Assembly (NCBI GenBank): GCA_943357895.1
Contig: CALRGO010000003.1
Coordinates: 15,389-79,388, forward strand
Direction of reading: 5' to 3'
DNA length: 64,000 nt
Source: Parcubacteria group bacterium
GTDB taxonomy: Bacteria > Patescibacteriota > Minisyncoccia > UBA6257 > UBA11618
Of this stretch, positions 1-9,102 are shown one piece after another; positions within the stretch are counted from its first letter, which is position 1; every line of letters begins with the position of its first letter. A program made the translations under genes and the position numbers. The notes beneath the pieces are model-generated. The model had not been told where the DNA came from and did no database searches. It saw nothing but the letters and a program-made list of their open reading frames with translations.

Positions 1-413
1 CCAAAATCGACTTTTGAATTTTCCGGAACGATTTCAGGAAAGGCGGTGTGTTCGCGGATACCGATCGTAAGATTACCGTTCGCGTCGATATTCTTTGTGG
101 GGATGCCACGGAAGTCGCGCACACGAGGAAAGACGATAGCGTTAAGCCGTTCCAAAAAGTCGCGCATACGCTTACCACGCAAGGTCGCGTTCATGCCGAC
201 GACCGTCCCCTGCCGCAATTTAAAACCGGCGATAGACTTTGCCGCGTGGCGCAATGCCGGCTTTTGACCGGTGACCGCCTTGAACTCGGCGATGATTTCC
301 GGAAGCACCTTATCATCGAAGTGGGCATTCGAAGTCGCCATGCGACCGACGCCGGTGTTTACTACTATCTTATGTAATACGCTTTGCGCGGTTATGGTTT
401 GTTTTACTGCCAT
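1..413 (-). CDS. rplE: 50S ribosomal protein L5 (N-terminal part; C-terminus lies beyond window start)
   Basis: Reverse-complement translation from ATG at 413 gives MAVKQTITAQSVLHKIVVNTGVGRMATSNAHFDDKV..., a typical L5 N-terminus. Position directly after rplX in the S10/spc gene order. Confidence 0.8.
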   Translation of the reverse strand, partial: MAVKQTITAQSVLHKIVVNTGVGRMATSNAHFDDKVLPEIIAEFKAVTGQKPALRHAAKSIAGFKLRQGTVVGMNATLRGKRMRDFLERLNAIVFPRVRDFRGIPTKNIDANGNLTIGIREHTAFPEIVPENSKVDF

Positions 414-418
414 ATCTT

Positions 419-724
419 TTAGATTGCTGCCTTGCACTTTTTACACATACGCGCCTTTTTATCCCCCACGAGGGCACTGCCCATGCGCGACGGCTTGCCG
501 CACTTAGGGCAGATAACCATCACATTCGCCGCCGCAACGAAGCGGGGTACGGAAATAATCTCACCCTTACCTCCCTGCGCGCGCGGCTTCTTATTGCGCT
601 TTAGCATGTTCAAACCCTCCACAAGGACCTTGCCGGACGTTTTTTCAACGCGTAAAATTGTAGCCTGTTTTCCGGCATCTTTTCCTACCATCATCTGTAC
701 GAGGTCTCCCTTCCTGATCTTCAT
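419..724 (-). CDS. rplX: 50S ribosomal protein L24 (KOW domain)
   Basis: MKIRKGDLVQMMVGKDAGKQATILRV... is L24-like. Start trimmed to internal Met at 724; the ORF-track start at 787 is an upstream extension. Confidence 0.85.
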   Translation of the reverse strand: MKIRKGDLVQMMVGKDAGKQATILRVEKTSGKVLVEGLNMLKRNKKPRAQGGKGEIISVPRFVAAANVMVICPKCGKPSRMGSALVGDKKARMCKKCKAAI

Positions 725-852
725 GGGTTTAGTGAATAAGAAGAGTATATCCGATGTTGGCACTTTTATCAAGCGGAAAAAACGCAAGAAAAAACTGCGC
801 TTTTGACACAGTATTTCTTTACGCGGTAGGACTTATGAAAAGGGATGCAGTC

Positions 853-1221
853 CTACACGATTTCTTCGGCGAGGGAGAAGATACCGTCGAAGCCCTTTTC
901 CTTAATCTCGCGCGGGATCGGCCCGAAGATGCGAGTTGCGCGCGGCTGCTTCTTTTCGTCTACCAATACGACGGCGTTGTCGTCGAAGCGCACATGCGTG
1001 CCGTCGGCACGGACGAACGCCTTTGCCGTGCGCACAATAAGACACTTCACAATCTCTTTCTTCTTCACGGCCTTGCGAGGTTCGGCGCTCTGCACGGAGG
1101 CGATAACAATTTCACCCAAGCGTGCGTAGCGCTTACGGCTGCCGCCTAAGAGGCGGAAAATGCGCACAAACTTTGCACCCGAGTTATCCGCCACCTTCAT
1201 TATTGAACGTTCCTGTACCAT
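853..1221 (-). CDS. rplN: 50S ribosomal protein L14
   Basis: 122 aa, VADNSGAK motif, operon position between rpsQ and rplX. Confidence 0.9.
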   Translation of the reverse strand: MVQERSIMKVADNSGAKFVRIFRLLGGSRKRYARLGEIVIASVQSAEPRKAVKKKEIVKCLIVRTAKAFVRADGTHVRFDDNAVVLVDEKKQPRATRIFGPIPREIKEKGFDGIFSLAEEIV

Positions 1222-1231
1222 ATATTTTTTA

Positions 1232-1492
1232 TTACGCTCGGCTCACGATTATCCAACGCTTTTCTTTCGACATCGGTCGGGTCGCTTGAATGACTACCTT
1301 ATCCCCTTCTTTATATTCGTTCTTTTCGTCGTGCGCCTTAAAGCGAGAATGCGCGATGTACTGCTTTAAGTACTTCGGGTGGCGCTTCGTTATGGAAACT
1401 TCTACCACGCGCGTCTTTTGCATTTTATCGGAAACAACAACGCCTTCGCGGGTGCGAATTTGGACGGCTTTCTTTTCTATAGTTGTTTTCAT
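1232..1492 (-). CDS. rpsQ: 30S ribosomal protein S17
   Basis: MKTTIEKKAVQIRTREGVVVSDKMQKTRVV... is S17-like. Start set at internal Met (1492), 4 nt after the rpmC stop. Confidence 0.85.
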   Translation of the reverse strand: MKTTIEKKAVQIRTREGVVVSDKMQKTRVVEVSITKRHPKYLKQYIAHSRFKAHDEKNEYKEGDKVVIQATRPMSKEKRWIIVSRA

Positions 1493-1496
1493 TTTT

Positions 1497-1706
1497 TTAT
1501 TTGCCAGCGATCCGCAAACCGGATGCAACGGTAAGGGCGCGGGCGATCGTCTTTTTCGCCGCTTGGATTTCCTTTATGTTCTTCGTTTTACCCGCGGCTA
1601 AATCAATCCTATAATGCCACACTTTTGCGCGAAGTTCTAGGGCGAGCTTTTCGAGCTCGGCTCTTGTCTTCCCTTTAAATTCTGTAAGCTGCTTTTCGTG
1701 TTTCAT
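1497..1706 (-). CDS. rpmC: 50S ribosomal protein L29
   Basis: 69 aa, Lys/Glu-rich coiled-coil-like L29 sequence. Follows rplP. Confidence 0.85.
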   Translation of the reverse strand: MKHEKQLTEFKGKTRAELEKLALELRAKVWHYRIDLAAGKTKNIKEIQAAKKTIARALTVASGLRIAGK

Positions 1707-1714
1707 AGTTCTTA

Positions 1715-2128
1715 TTAGAGCTTACTTATCATCTTCGTCTTTACCGGCAGTTTGTGGCCGGCGAGGCGCAGCGCCGCCTTTGCCATTGTCGGCGTTACAC
1801 CATCCATTTCAAATAAAATCCTTCCCCTGCGGACGGGGCACACAAAATGGTCGGGACTTCCCTTACCACCACCTAAAGTAGTTTCAGGCGGGCGGGAAGT
1901 GATAGGCTTGTCAGGAAAAATACGAATCCAAATCTTGCCTTCACGCTTAATGAAGTTAGTAAGCGCACGGCGCGCAGCTTCGATTTGGCGGGAGGTGATC
2001 CATGCAATGCCTTCGGAGCGAAGGCCGAACGAGCCGTACGATAACGTCGTGCCACGGGTTTCTACCGTGCGCTTGCGCGAACGTCCTTTTTGCCACTTGC
2101 GGTGTTTTACTTTCTTAGGTAAGAGCAT
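1715..2128 (-). CDS. rplP: 50S ribosomal protein L16
   Basis: [19 protein letters not shown]... is the canonical L16 N-terminus. Confidence 0.9.
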   Translation of the reverse strand: MLLPKKVKHRKWQKGRSRKRTVETRGTTLSYGSFGLRSEGIAWITSRQIEAARRALTNFIKREGKIWIRIFPDKPITSRPPETTLGGGKGSPDHFVCPVRRGRILFEMDGVTPTMAKAALRLAGHKLPVKTKMISKL

Positions 2129-2132
2129 TTGT

Positions 2133-2816
2133 TTATTTTTTAGCTACTTCCTCAAACACGTCGCCCTTGTAAATCATGACCTTAATACCGATGGTGCCGT
2201 AGGTCGTAAACGCCGTGTTTTCACTGTAATCTATGTTTGCGCGAAGCGTTTGGAGCGGCAGGCGACCCTTTGCAAGCCACTGACGGCGGGCAATTTCCGC
2301 GCCGTCGATGCGGCCCGAAAAGTGCAAGCGCGCACCAAGCACTTCCTTGTTCTGCATTATGAAATCCAAGTGCTTTTTCATCGTGCGGCGAGCGGGTAAA
2401 CGCTTTTCCAAGTCCGCGGCGATCTGCTGGCCAATGTTTACGGCCGAAATCTCGAAGCGGCGCAATTCGTCTATCGTGAGGTTAACGGAAAACTGGGGCA
2501 TCTTGCCGCCGCGCGTTTTAAAAAGCTTCGTAAGAGCCGTTTCCAAAGTCTTATGAAGCGTCTCAATGCCTTTACCGCCACGGCCGATAATAAACCCCGG
2601 CCGCGCCGCCTTAATCACAACGCGGAAGCTGTTGTTCATAGTGCGTTCGATATCAACGCGCACAACTCCTGCCGCCGCCATTTTTTCGTCGATTATATTC
2701 CTAATAAGCGTATCCTCCTCGAGATTATTGCGGAAGCTCGCACGGGCAAACCAGCGCGACTTCCATGTCCCGATAATCCCCAACCGAAATGAATCTGGCC
2801 GTATTTTATTTCCCAT
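2133..2816 (-). CDS. rpsC: 30S ribosomal protein S3
   Basis: 227 aa with KH/S3 C-terminal domain motifs ([11 protein letters not shown]). Operon position. Confidence 0.9.
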   Translation of the reverse strand: MGNKIRPDSFRLGIIGTWKSRWFARASFRNNLEEDTLIRNIIDEKMAAAGVVRVDIERTMNNSFRVVIKAARPGFIIGRGGKGIETLHKTLETALTKLFKTRGGKMPQFSVNLTIDELRRFEISAVNIGQQIAADLEKRLPARRTMKKHLDFIMQNKEVLGARLHFSGRIDGAEIARRQWLAKGRLPLQTLRANIDYSENTAFTTYGTIGIKVMIYKGDVFEEVAKK

Positions 2817-2822
2817 ATATTT

Positions 2823-3329
2823 TTATTCTCCTGTTTTACGCCTGAATACGCGGCGCATAAAGCCCGGATCCTCGGCCCTCTTCTTATCTTTCGTAATTAT
2901 CTTACCCTTTGCGCCCGCGACCTTCGGCTTTACTTCACGCTTAGAAGCGTCTGCCTTTTTAGCACGGATTACGGTAAAGCGTTGCGTAAAGTCCTTCTCA
3001 GCCTCGGAAAGGATAATAGTCACGTGGCTGCTCTTCTTATGAATAGGTGTTGCCATACCCTTCGCGCGCGGAAGTGAACGCTTTAATGTCGGTCCTTGGT
3101 CTACGCGAATAGTCGCGACTTTCAGCTTTGCACCCACCATATTCTGCGCTTTCGCGGAAGAGATGACTGAGCGGAGCAACTTTAAGATTGCCGGAGCGGC
3201 ACGCTTTTTCATCATCATAAGCTGGGCTTCGGCCTCGAACGCGGACATACCGCGGATTACATCAACGACAAGCCGCACCTTGCGGGGAGCCATACGGAGA
3301 TAATTAAGTTGTGCGGATGCGGTTGTCAT
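2823..3329 (-). CDS. rplV: 50S ribosomal protein L22 with Lys-rich C-terminal extension
   Basis: The L22 core (APRKVRLVVDVIRG...) is followed by a ~50-aa basic tail, giving 168 aa versus ~110 aa typical. Confidence 0.85.
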   Translation of the reverse strand: MTTASAQLNYLRMAPRKVRLVVDVIRGMSAFEAEAQLMMMKKRAAPAILKLLRSVISSAKAQNMVGAKLKVATIRVDQGPTLKRSLPRAKGMATPIHKKSSHVTIILSEAEKDFTQRFTVIRAKKADASKREVKPKVAGAKGKIITKDKKRAEDPGFMRRVFRRKTGE

Positions 3330-3339
3330 ATACTATATA

Positions 3340-3666
3340 TTATTTCTTTTTCGGAGCAGCGCCTGCGGCATCTTTCGTGGCCGCGCCCTTTTCTATATCA
3401 CGCTGGATCTTACCGCCGTGCTTTGTGAACTTACGCGTCGGCGAGAATTCACCTAAGCGATGGCCAACCATTTCTTCTTTAATAGAAACGGGGATGTGCT
3501 GCCTACCGTTGTGTACACCAATCGTGATACCGACCATATCAGGAGAAATTTCAGAATCGCGCGACCACGTCTTAATTCCTTCCGTTTCGCCAGCGGCGCG
3601 TAACTTCATAACCTTCTTCATTAGTTTTGGGTCGATGAACGGCCCTTTTTTAGAACTTCTGGACAT
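3340..3666 (-). CDS. rpsS: 30S ribosomal protein S19
   Basis: [19 protein letters not shown]... is the canonical S19 N-terminus, with a basic C-terminal tail. Confidence 0.9.
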   Translation of the reverse strand: MSRSSKKGPFIDPKLMKKVMKLRAAGETEGIKTWSRDSEISPDMVGITIGVHNGRQHIPVSIKEEMVGHRLGEFSPTRKFTKHGGKIQRDIEKGAATKDAAGAAPKKK

Positions 3667-3675
3667 ATAGTTGGT

Positions 3676-4518
3676 TTAACGGATCTTAGGACGACGGCGT
3701 ACGATGAGCGGGTTCGACCACTTGTTGCGGTTGCGGGTTTTTTTACCACCCGTAATGTTACCCCAGATGTCTTTCGGCCGACGCGTACCACGCGGCTGGC
3801 GCTGTTCGCCGCCGCCGTACTTGTGGTCGCAGGGGTTCATGGCAGTACCGCGAACAGTCGGCCTGATTCCCATCCACCGCGAGCGACCCGCCTTACCGAA
3901 GTTCGTAAGACCCCAGTCGACGTTCGATACTTGGCCCACGGTCGCTAAGGACGTCCATAAAACGCGGCGTACTTCCTTTGACGGCATCTTGAGCGTGGTA
4001 TAGCCGGCGTCGTGGCCAAGCACTTCGGCGGCCGACCCGGCAGAGCGGATAAGCTTACCACCGCAACCGCGCTGCATTTCGATGTTATGCACCTGCGCGC
4101 CTACCAAGATATTTTTAAGTACCATACGGTTGCCAGACTTAAGTGGCGTTGTTTCGGACGTTACAATAACGTCGCCTTTCTTCATTCCGTGGGGGGCTAA
4201 GACATACCGACGCTCGCCGTCTTTATATACCACAAGCGCGATAAACGCCGTGCGGTACGGGTCGTATTCAATAGTTTCTACACGGCCCGGAATATCAAAC
4301 TTATCCTGCTTAAAGTCCACCATACGGTAGGTTTTCTTATTGCCACCGCCTTGATGACGCACGGTAATAATGCCGCGGTGGTTGCGCGCAGCCTTGTTCT
4401 TTAAGTGCTTCGTGAGCGGCTTATAGGGGTTTGACTTAGAAACGGTCAAAACCGAATAATCCACGGTGGTCATCTGCCTCCGCGAAGCGCTCGTAGGTTT
4501 GTAGGTCTTGACTGCCAT
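3676..4518 (-). CDS. rplB: 50S ribosomal protein L2
   Basis: 280 aa with L2 motifs (GRNHRGIITVRHQGGG, GTAMNPCDHKYGGGE). Confidence 0.92.
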   Translation of the reverse strand: MAVKTYKPTSASRRQMTTVDYSVLTVSKSNPYKPLTKHLKNKAARNHRGIITVRHQGGGNKKTYRMVDFKQDKFDIPGRVETIEYDPYRTAFIALVVYKDGERRYVLAPHGMKKGDVIVTSETTPLKSGNRMVLKNILVGAQVHNIEMQRGCGGKLIRSAGSAAEVLGHDAGYTTLKMPSKEVRRVLWTSLATVGQVSNVDWGLTNFGKAGRSRWMGIRPTVRGTAMNPCDHKYGGGEQRQPRGTRRPKDIWGNITGGKKTRNRNKWSNPLIVRRRPKIR

Positions 4519-4522
4519 GTGA

Positions 4523-4804
4523 TTATTGCGAAAGTATATCGAGTTTCTCGCCTTTCTTCAAGGTAACGGTCGCCTTTTTAAAGCTAGGGCGCATGCCCAT
4601 AACGCGGCCACGGCGACGTTCCTTCGGGCGCGTGTTAATAACGTGTACCTGAGTGACATGTACCTTATATTCCGCCTCGATTGCCTTTTTAACCTCGGAC
4701 TTCGTCGTATCGCCCGCAACCACGAACGTGTACTTGCCTTGCGCAGACATTGCCGCGGTCTTTTCGGTGATAAACGGCTTTTTGATTATAAATAGGTTTG
4801 CCAT
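4523..4804 (-). CDS. rplW: 50S ribosomal protein L23
   Basis: MANLFIIKKPFITEKTA... is L23-like. Start trimmed to internal Met at 4804. Confidence 0.85.
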   Translation of the reverse strand: MANLFIIKKPFITEKTAAMSAQGKYTFVVAGDTTKSEVKKAIEAEYKVHVTQVHVINTRPKERRRGRVMGMRPSFKKATVTLKKGEKLDILSQ

Positions 4805-4811
4805 GTTTTTG

Positions 4812-5405
4812 TTATTTGATTCCGAGGGCAGCCTCACGGTCGATAAGGATGGTCTTAAACTTCAGTAAGTCATGAACGTTCAACGATTGTGGGTCGAGTG
4901 CCTTGACCTTTTGGATGTTTGCCGACGCGCGGAAGATATCCTTATTGCCCGTTGCAGGAATAAGGAGTGTGCCCTTCGGCACCCACTTTAATTCGCGTGT
5001 GCGTGGCTCCTTAATAGCTAACGTGTCGATGACTTTAAACTCGCCGTCGGCAATCTTTTTAGAAAGCGCAACATACACGCCTGCCTTTATCATTTTCTTG
5101 TTTATCTTTTGCGTGTAGTCGCGATCGTTGCGCGGACCGAATGTGGCGCCGCCACCCTTCCATAGTGGTGAGCGAGTCGAACCATGGCGAGCGCGACCCG
5201 TACCTTTTTGGCGCCACGGCTTTTTACCACCACCCGATACTTCGTCGCGTTGCTTTGTGTGCGCTAAAGGCTGGCGGCGGTTTGCAGCTGCGGCGACGAC
5301 GATTTGGTGAATTAAATCAGGGTTCCATGCGCGGCCGAAGATTGCGTCAGATACTTCGACGTCCCCTACCTGTTTCATAGCCCTGTCGTATACGGGAAGT
5401 TTCAT
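4812..5405 (-). CDS. rplD: 50S ribosomal protein L4
   Basis: 197 aa with the L4 motif GTGRARHGS. Confidence 0.9.
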   Translation of the reverse strand: MKLPVYDRAMKQVGDVEVSDAIFGRAWNPDLIHQIVVAAAANRRQPLAHTKQRDEVSGGGKKPWRQKGTGRARHGSTRSPLWKGGGATFGPRNDRDYTQKINKKMIKAGVYVALSKKIADGEFKVIDTLAIKEPRTRELKWVPKGTLLIPATGNKDIFRASANIQKVKALDPQSLNVHDLLKFKTILIDREAALGIK

Positions 5406-5409
5406 GGTT

Positions 5410-5832
5410 TTATGCGCTTATTTCGATACGGCCCTTTTTCGGCCCGGGGACTGCACCGCGCAGGTATACCTCGCGGGATTCAGGCTTTACTTCGACTACT
5501 TTCAAGTTCTTAATAGTCACGCGGATGACGCCCATGTGGCCGGCCATGCGGAGACCCGGAATAACGCGCTGGGCGGCAGTGTTACCAATGGACCCGGGGG
5601 CGCGAAAGCGGTTCTTTTGGCCGTGAGTCTTAGGCCCGCCGTGAAAGTCGTGGCGCTTTACCACACCTGCGAAGCCATGGCCCTTCGTAATGCCCGCGAC
5701 GTTTACCAAGGCGTTTTCGGTAAGGACGGAAAGGTCGCTACCCTCCGCCATCTTTAAGATCGTTACGGGCACCATAATATCGCCCTTCCAGATCTGCGTC
5801 ATATTCGACTTGGTGCCTATCAACTTGAACAT
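5410..5832 (-). CDS. rplC: 50S ribosomal protein L3 (short form, ~140 aa)
   Basis: MFKLIGTKSNMTQIW... and the L3 core motifs GFAGVVKRHDFHGGPKTHGQKNRFRAPGSIG and GLRMAGHMG are present. It lacks the usual internal insertion. Start chosen by alignment to L3 N-termini; 5841 is an alternative. Confidence 0.8.
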   Translation of the reverse strand: MFKLIGTKSNMTQIWKGDIMVPVTILKMAEGSDLSVLTENALVNVAGITKGHGFAGVVKRHDFHGGPKTHGQKNRFRAPGSIGNTAAQRVIPGLRMAGHMGVIRVTIKNLKVVEVKPESREVYLRGAVPGPKKGRIEISA

Positions 5833-5860
5833 AGTATTCATTGGTTGCAACAGTTTTTTA

Positions 5861-5889
5861 ATAGTACACGAAGATGCTTAATTTCGCAA
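5861..5889 (-). promoter_or_regulatory. Candidate sigma70-like promoter for rplC (TTGCGA-N17-TACTAT)
   Basis: The minus-strand sequence reads ttgcgaaattaagcatcttcgtgTACTAT, 19-28 nt upstream of the rplC start. It lies downstream of the rpsJ terminator. Confidence 0.4.
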
Positions 5890-5931
5890 GCCGCATAAAA
5901 GCCCATGGATACTGGGGTTTTGATGTTGTTT

Positions 5932-5963
5932 TTGACAACGTGTAAAAAGTGCATGATTATTAA
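5932..5963 (+). promoter_or_regulatory. Candidate promoter for the divergent small ORF (TTGACA-N17-GATTAT/TATTAA)
   Basis: TTGACA at 5932-5937 with -10-like hexamers 17-20 nt downstream, ~60 nt upstream of an AAGGAG SD. Confidence 0.35.
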
Positions 5964-6025
5964 TACTTAGTAACCTGCAGGGCGTTCCTGCGGGCATCTA
6001 CCACCAAAAACCAAGGAGACTTGGC

Positions 6026-6310
6026 ATGCGAACCAACCGATATAGAGTATTCATCTTTCCTCATGCCGATGATCGGGATACGGAAAACGGCAACCACGCC
6101 CTGCGCCACGCCGGATCAGAAGAAATTGTCACGTTCATCTCTATAAGCGACGCTCTTAAGGAGATGAACGAACGGCAAATTGACTATGGAGTATTCACCG
6201 AGATCATTGACCTCGATACAGGAAATTCCGTACTCGAAACGACCGACAAAGGACGGACATGGCGTACGCTAGCCTGCGCCCACAAGCCCGCTAAGTCCGT
6301 CCCCGCCTGA
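6026..6310 (+). CDS. Hypothetical acidic 94-aa protein, divergent gene between rpsJ and rplC
   Basis: Strong SD AAGGAG 8 nt before the ATG, own candidate promoter, and an intrinsic terminator downstream. I recognise no domain. Confidence 0.55.
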   Translation: MRTNRYRVFIFPHADDRDTENGNHALRHAGSEEIVTFISISDALKEMNERQIDYGVFTEIIDLDTGNSVLETTDKGRTWRTLACAHKPAKSVPA

Positions 6311-6339
6311 GGCGAGTCTACCTCCGCCTTAGGCACTAA

Positions 6340-6372
6340 CCCCGTCGCATAAGGATGTGCGCGGGGTTTTTT
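6340..6372 (+). terminator. Intrinsic terminator after the 94-aa ORF
   Basis: GC hairpin ccccg(t)cgca...tgcgcgggg followed by TTTTTT. Confidence 0.6.
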
Positions 6373-6421
6373 ACACCCGCCTTCGTAAAAACCTCAGGCG
6401 AGGTAAGGTTTTTTAGCTAAC

Positions 6422-6451
6422 AAAAAACCGCATATTATTGCGGTATTTTTT
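6422..6451 (-). terminator. Bidirectional intrinsic terminator immediately downstream of rpsJ
   Basis: AAAAAA-accgca-tattat-tgcggt-TTTTTT lies 15 nt after the rpsJ stop, inside what is normally one continuous S10 operon. Confidence 0.6.
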
Positions 6452-6465
6452 GTTAGAGAAAGCCC

Positions 6466-6792
6466 TTACATCATCTTTATCTCGATATCGACGCCCGCGG
6501 GAAGGCTTATTTTTGAAAGCGCCTCGACGATTGCGGGGTTGATATTCATTATGTCGATGAGGCGCTTGTGCACCCGCAGCTCGAACTGTTCACGTGAATT
6601 CTTATGGACAAAGGTAGAACGGTTAACCGTGTACTTTTGGATCTCCGTCGGCAAGGGAACGGGGCCGATTACTTCAGCATCGAGGCGCCGCGCGGTTTCT
6701 ACTATCTGCCGCGCGGAGCTGTCGATGAGCTTATGGTCGTACGCCTTTATGCGCAGGCGCAACTTTTCCACTTTTTGCTTTTCTTTGACCAT
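6466..6792 (-). CDS. rpsJ: 30S ribosomal protein S10
   Basis: 108 aa, highly conserved S10 sequence ([13 protein letters not shown]...). Confidence 0.92.
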   Translation of the reverse strand: MVKEKQKVEKLRLRIKAYDHKLIDSSARQIVETARRLDAEVIGPVPLPTEIQKYTVNRSTFVHKNSREQFELRVHKRLIDIMNINPAIVEALSKISLPAGVDIEIKMM

Positions 6793-6825
6793 ATAATTGT
6801 AAGGAGCTTACGGGTTAGTAGCGCG

Positions 6826-8025
6826 TTATTTTATGATCTTCGTGATGACACCAGCGCCCACCGTCTTACCGCCTTCGCGGATGGCGAAACGCTGCTTGTC
6901 TTCGAGCGCGACCGGCATGATGAGCTTCACGTTAAGCTTAATCGTGTCGCCCGGCATGACCATTTCCGTACCTTCCGGCAAAATGCATTCACCCGTAACA
7001 TCAGTGGTACGCATATAGAACTGAGGCTTATATCCCTTGAAGAATGGGGTGTGGCGACCGCCTTCTTCCTTGCTCAAAACGTAGATTTCTGTTTCGAACT
7101 CGGTGTGCGGCAAAACCGTTCCGGGCTTCGCCAAAACCTGTCCGCGCTCCACGTCTTCTTTCTTCAAACCGCGGAGAAGGATGCCGACGTTATCACCGGC
7201 GCGGCCTTCGTCTAAAAGCTTGTTGAACATTTCGACGCCCGTTACAATCGTCTTTTGGGTCGTACGGAGGCCGACAATCTCGATTTCTTCATTAACCTTA
7301 ATAATACCGCGCTCGATACGGCCGGTTACGACGGTTCCCCTGCCTTCAATCGAGAAAATGTCTTCTACCGGCATAAGGAACGGCTTGTCAATTTCGCGCT
7401 TCGGCTCCGGGATGTATTCGTCGAGCGCTTTCACGAGGTCTAAAATCGGCTGGCAGGCAGGGTCGTTAAGATCCGGCGCATCCAAGGCTTTCAAAGCAGA
7501 GCCACGGATGACGGGAATACTATCGCCAGGGAATTCATACTTTTTCAAGAGTTCGCGGACTTCGGCCTCGACGAGGTCAATAAGCTCCGGATCATCCACC
7601 ATGTCCACCTTGTTCAAAAACACTACAAGGGCAGGGACGCCGACCTGACGGGCAAGCAAAATGTGCTCGCGGGTCTGGGGCATCGGGCCGTCAGCGGCAG
7701 AAACAACAATAACCGCACCGTCCATCTGGGCGGCACCGGTGATCATGTTCTTGATGTAGTCAGCGTGGCCAGGGGCGTCGATGTGCGCGTAGTGGCGCTT
7801 TTCCGACTCGTATTCCGAGTGGTGGATGGAAATGGTGATACCACGGGCCTTTTCTTCAGGGCTCTTGTCGAGCTCGTCAACGGTAACTTCCTTGCCGGCG
7901 AAGCCCTTCATGTGAAGAACGTGCGTAATAGCCGCGGTAAGGGTGGACTTGCCGTGGTCGACGTGACCGATAGTGCCGACGTTAACGTGCGGCTTATTGC
8001 GTTCGAATTTTGCTTTTTCTGCCAT
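6826..8025 (-). CDS. tuf: Elongation factor Tu
   Basis: 399 aa with [10 protein letters not shown]-loop and full EF-Tu domains. Confidence 0.97.
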   Translation of the reverse strand: MAEKAKFERNKPHVNVGTIGHVDHGKSTLTAAITHVLHMKGFAGKEVTVDELDKSPEEKARGITISIHHSEYESEKRHYAHIDAPGHADYIKNMITGAAQMDGAVIVVSAADGPMPQTREHILLARQVGVPALVVFLNKVDMVDDPELIDLVEAEVRELLKKYEFPGDSIPVIRGSALKALDAPDLNDPACQPILDLVKALDEYIPEPKREIDKPFLMPVEDIFSIEGRGTVVTGRIERGIIKVNEEIEIVGLRTTQKTIVTGVEMFNKLLDEGRAGDNVGILLRGLKKEDVERGQVLAKPGTVLPHTEFETEIYVLSKEEGGRHTPFFKGYKPQFYMRTTDVTGECILPEGTEMVMPGDTIKLNVKLIMPVALEDKQRFAIREGGKTVGAGVITKIIK

Positions 8026-8087
8026 ATGTGCTGTTTTGCTTAATTAGTTATTTATATATGCGTGCTTTTTCGACGAAGTTGAAACTA

Positions 8088-8116
8088 AGCATACCAAGAG
8101 GCTTAAGGGGTGTCAA
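8088..8116 (-). promoter_or_regulatory. Candidate promoter for tuf (TTGACA-N17-TATGCT)
   Basis: The minus strand reads TTGACAccccttaagcctcttggTATGCT, starting 9 nt after the stop of the upstream Hint-domain gene. Confidence 0.5.
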
Positions 8117-8124
8117 TATGATTA

Positions 8125-9036
8125 TTATTTAAGCGTACTGCCCATTACAATGCCGTTTGCCCAGTAATAACCGGTTTCGCCTGCAGGCAAAATGTCGTAT
8201 GTTGCCGAACCTTCGTAAGCCTTCAAAACGACGCTTCTGACTATCGAGCCGTCATATGCTTCGCCCACCTTCAAGTCGCCCACCGTGCGCCCGTCTGCCG
8301 TTGGGTGAGGAGCGGATACGTCGAGCGTGCGGCCGTCTGCTAATACAAGGTGCACGACGCGGTGATTAATGGCTGGAATGCGCGAAACTTTCAAAAGGGT
8401 GCGGACGACACGGTTGCCGGTAGCGTCCGCAGTCCAAATAATATCGCCCACTTTAAGGCTGGTAACAGCTACATCGCCAATAGGAGTAGAAATTTTAGAG
8501 GTAAAAGAGAGACACTTCCAGCATAGTGTTGCTGTATCTGATGCGGAAATACAAATACCACCTGATCCCTGAGCACAGGATCTACATCCCGTAGTAGTAT
8601 TACAATTTCTAGCAGAAACGGTACTGCAGTCTACTGAGACACTACAAGAAGCGATGCAAGCGCCATTACTAAAAGTTGTATTTGATCCGCAACATTCGTC
8701 TCCAGTACAAGACCCGCCTCTTCCAACTGGCCCGCGCGACGTAGGACTTATTCCGTTAGCAGCAGGATCGGCTGACCCCGGTTGAGCGACTGATTCGCGC
8801 TGCACCGGAGCGCTCGTAACGCCCGCACTAGAGGGATAATTATTTACGGGAACCGGATTAGGCGTTCTAAATCCGAGCCAATTTAAAAAATTCACATAAG
8901 TCTGCCCCAATAAAGATTGCCTTTGTATTAAAACCCGCTGAGGATAGACCGTCTGCGCCGAAGCAAAAGGAATACCGACGCATGTAACGACTAATCCCAT
9001 ACTAAAAATACATACTATTTTATTTATTTTTTTCAT
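8125..9036 (-). CDS. Secreted cysteine-rich protein with C-terminal Hint (Hedgehog/intein-type, Hint_2-like) domain
   Basis: N-terminal signal peptide (MKKINKIVCIFSMGLVVTCVGIPFASA). A Cys-dense region follows (GGSCTGDECCGS...NCNTTTGCRSCAQGSGGICIS...LCWKC). The C-terminal ~130 aa begin CLSFTSKISTPIGDVAVTSLKVGDIIWT and end TYDILPAGETGYYWANGIVMGS, matching the Hint_2 pattern. Confidence 0.8.
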   Translation of the reverse strand: MKKINKIVCIFSMGLVVTCVGIPFASAQTVYPQRVLIQRQSLLGQTYVNFLNWLGFRTPNPVPVNNYPSSAGVTSAPVQRESVAQPGSADPAANGISPTSRGPVGRGGSCTGDECCGSNTTFSNGACIASCSVSVDCSTVSARNCNTTTGCRSCAQGSGGICISASDTATLCWKCLSFTSKISTPIGDVAVTSLKVGDIIWTADATGNRVVRTLLKVSRIPAINHRVVHLVLADGRTLDVSAPHPTADGRTVGDLKVGEAYDGSIVRSVVLKAYEGSATYDILPAGETGYYWANGIVMGSTLK

Positions 9037-9074
9037 ACCTTATATACTACTCCTTTATAAAAGCTCTAAGCAAT

Positions 9075-9102
9075 AAAAAACCGCCCCGTAGGGCGATTTT
9101 TT
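9075..9102 (-). terminator. Bidirectional intrinsic terminator downstream of fusA
   Basis: AAAAAA-cgccc-cgta-gggcg-TTTTTT, 5 nt after the fusA stop. Confidence 0.65.

Noticed and set aside
1752-2399. 215-aa plus-strand ORF antisense to rplP and rpsC
   Set aside because: It fully overlaps two strongly conserved ribosomal protein genes on the opposite strand. Arg/Ser-rich low-complexity translation, typical of an antisense artefact.
5410-5850. Longer L3 start (TTG at 5850 or ATG at 5841)
   Set aside because: Alignment of MFKLIGTKSNMTQIW to L3 N-termini (M-KGILGKKLGMTQIF) favours 5832. 5841 remains possible.
7103-7648. 181-aa plus-strand ORF inside tuf
   Set aside because: Antisense to EF-Tu. 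Ser/Arg/Pro-rich translation with no signals.
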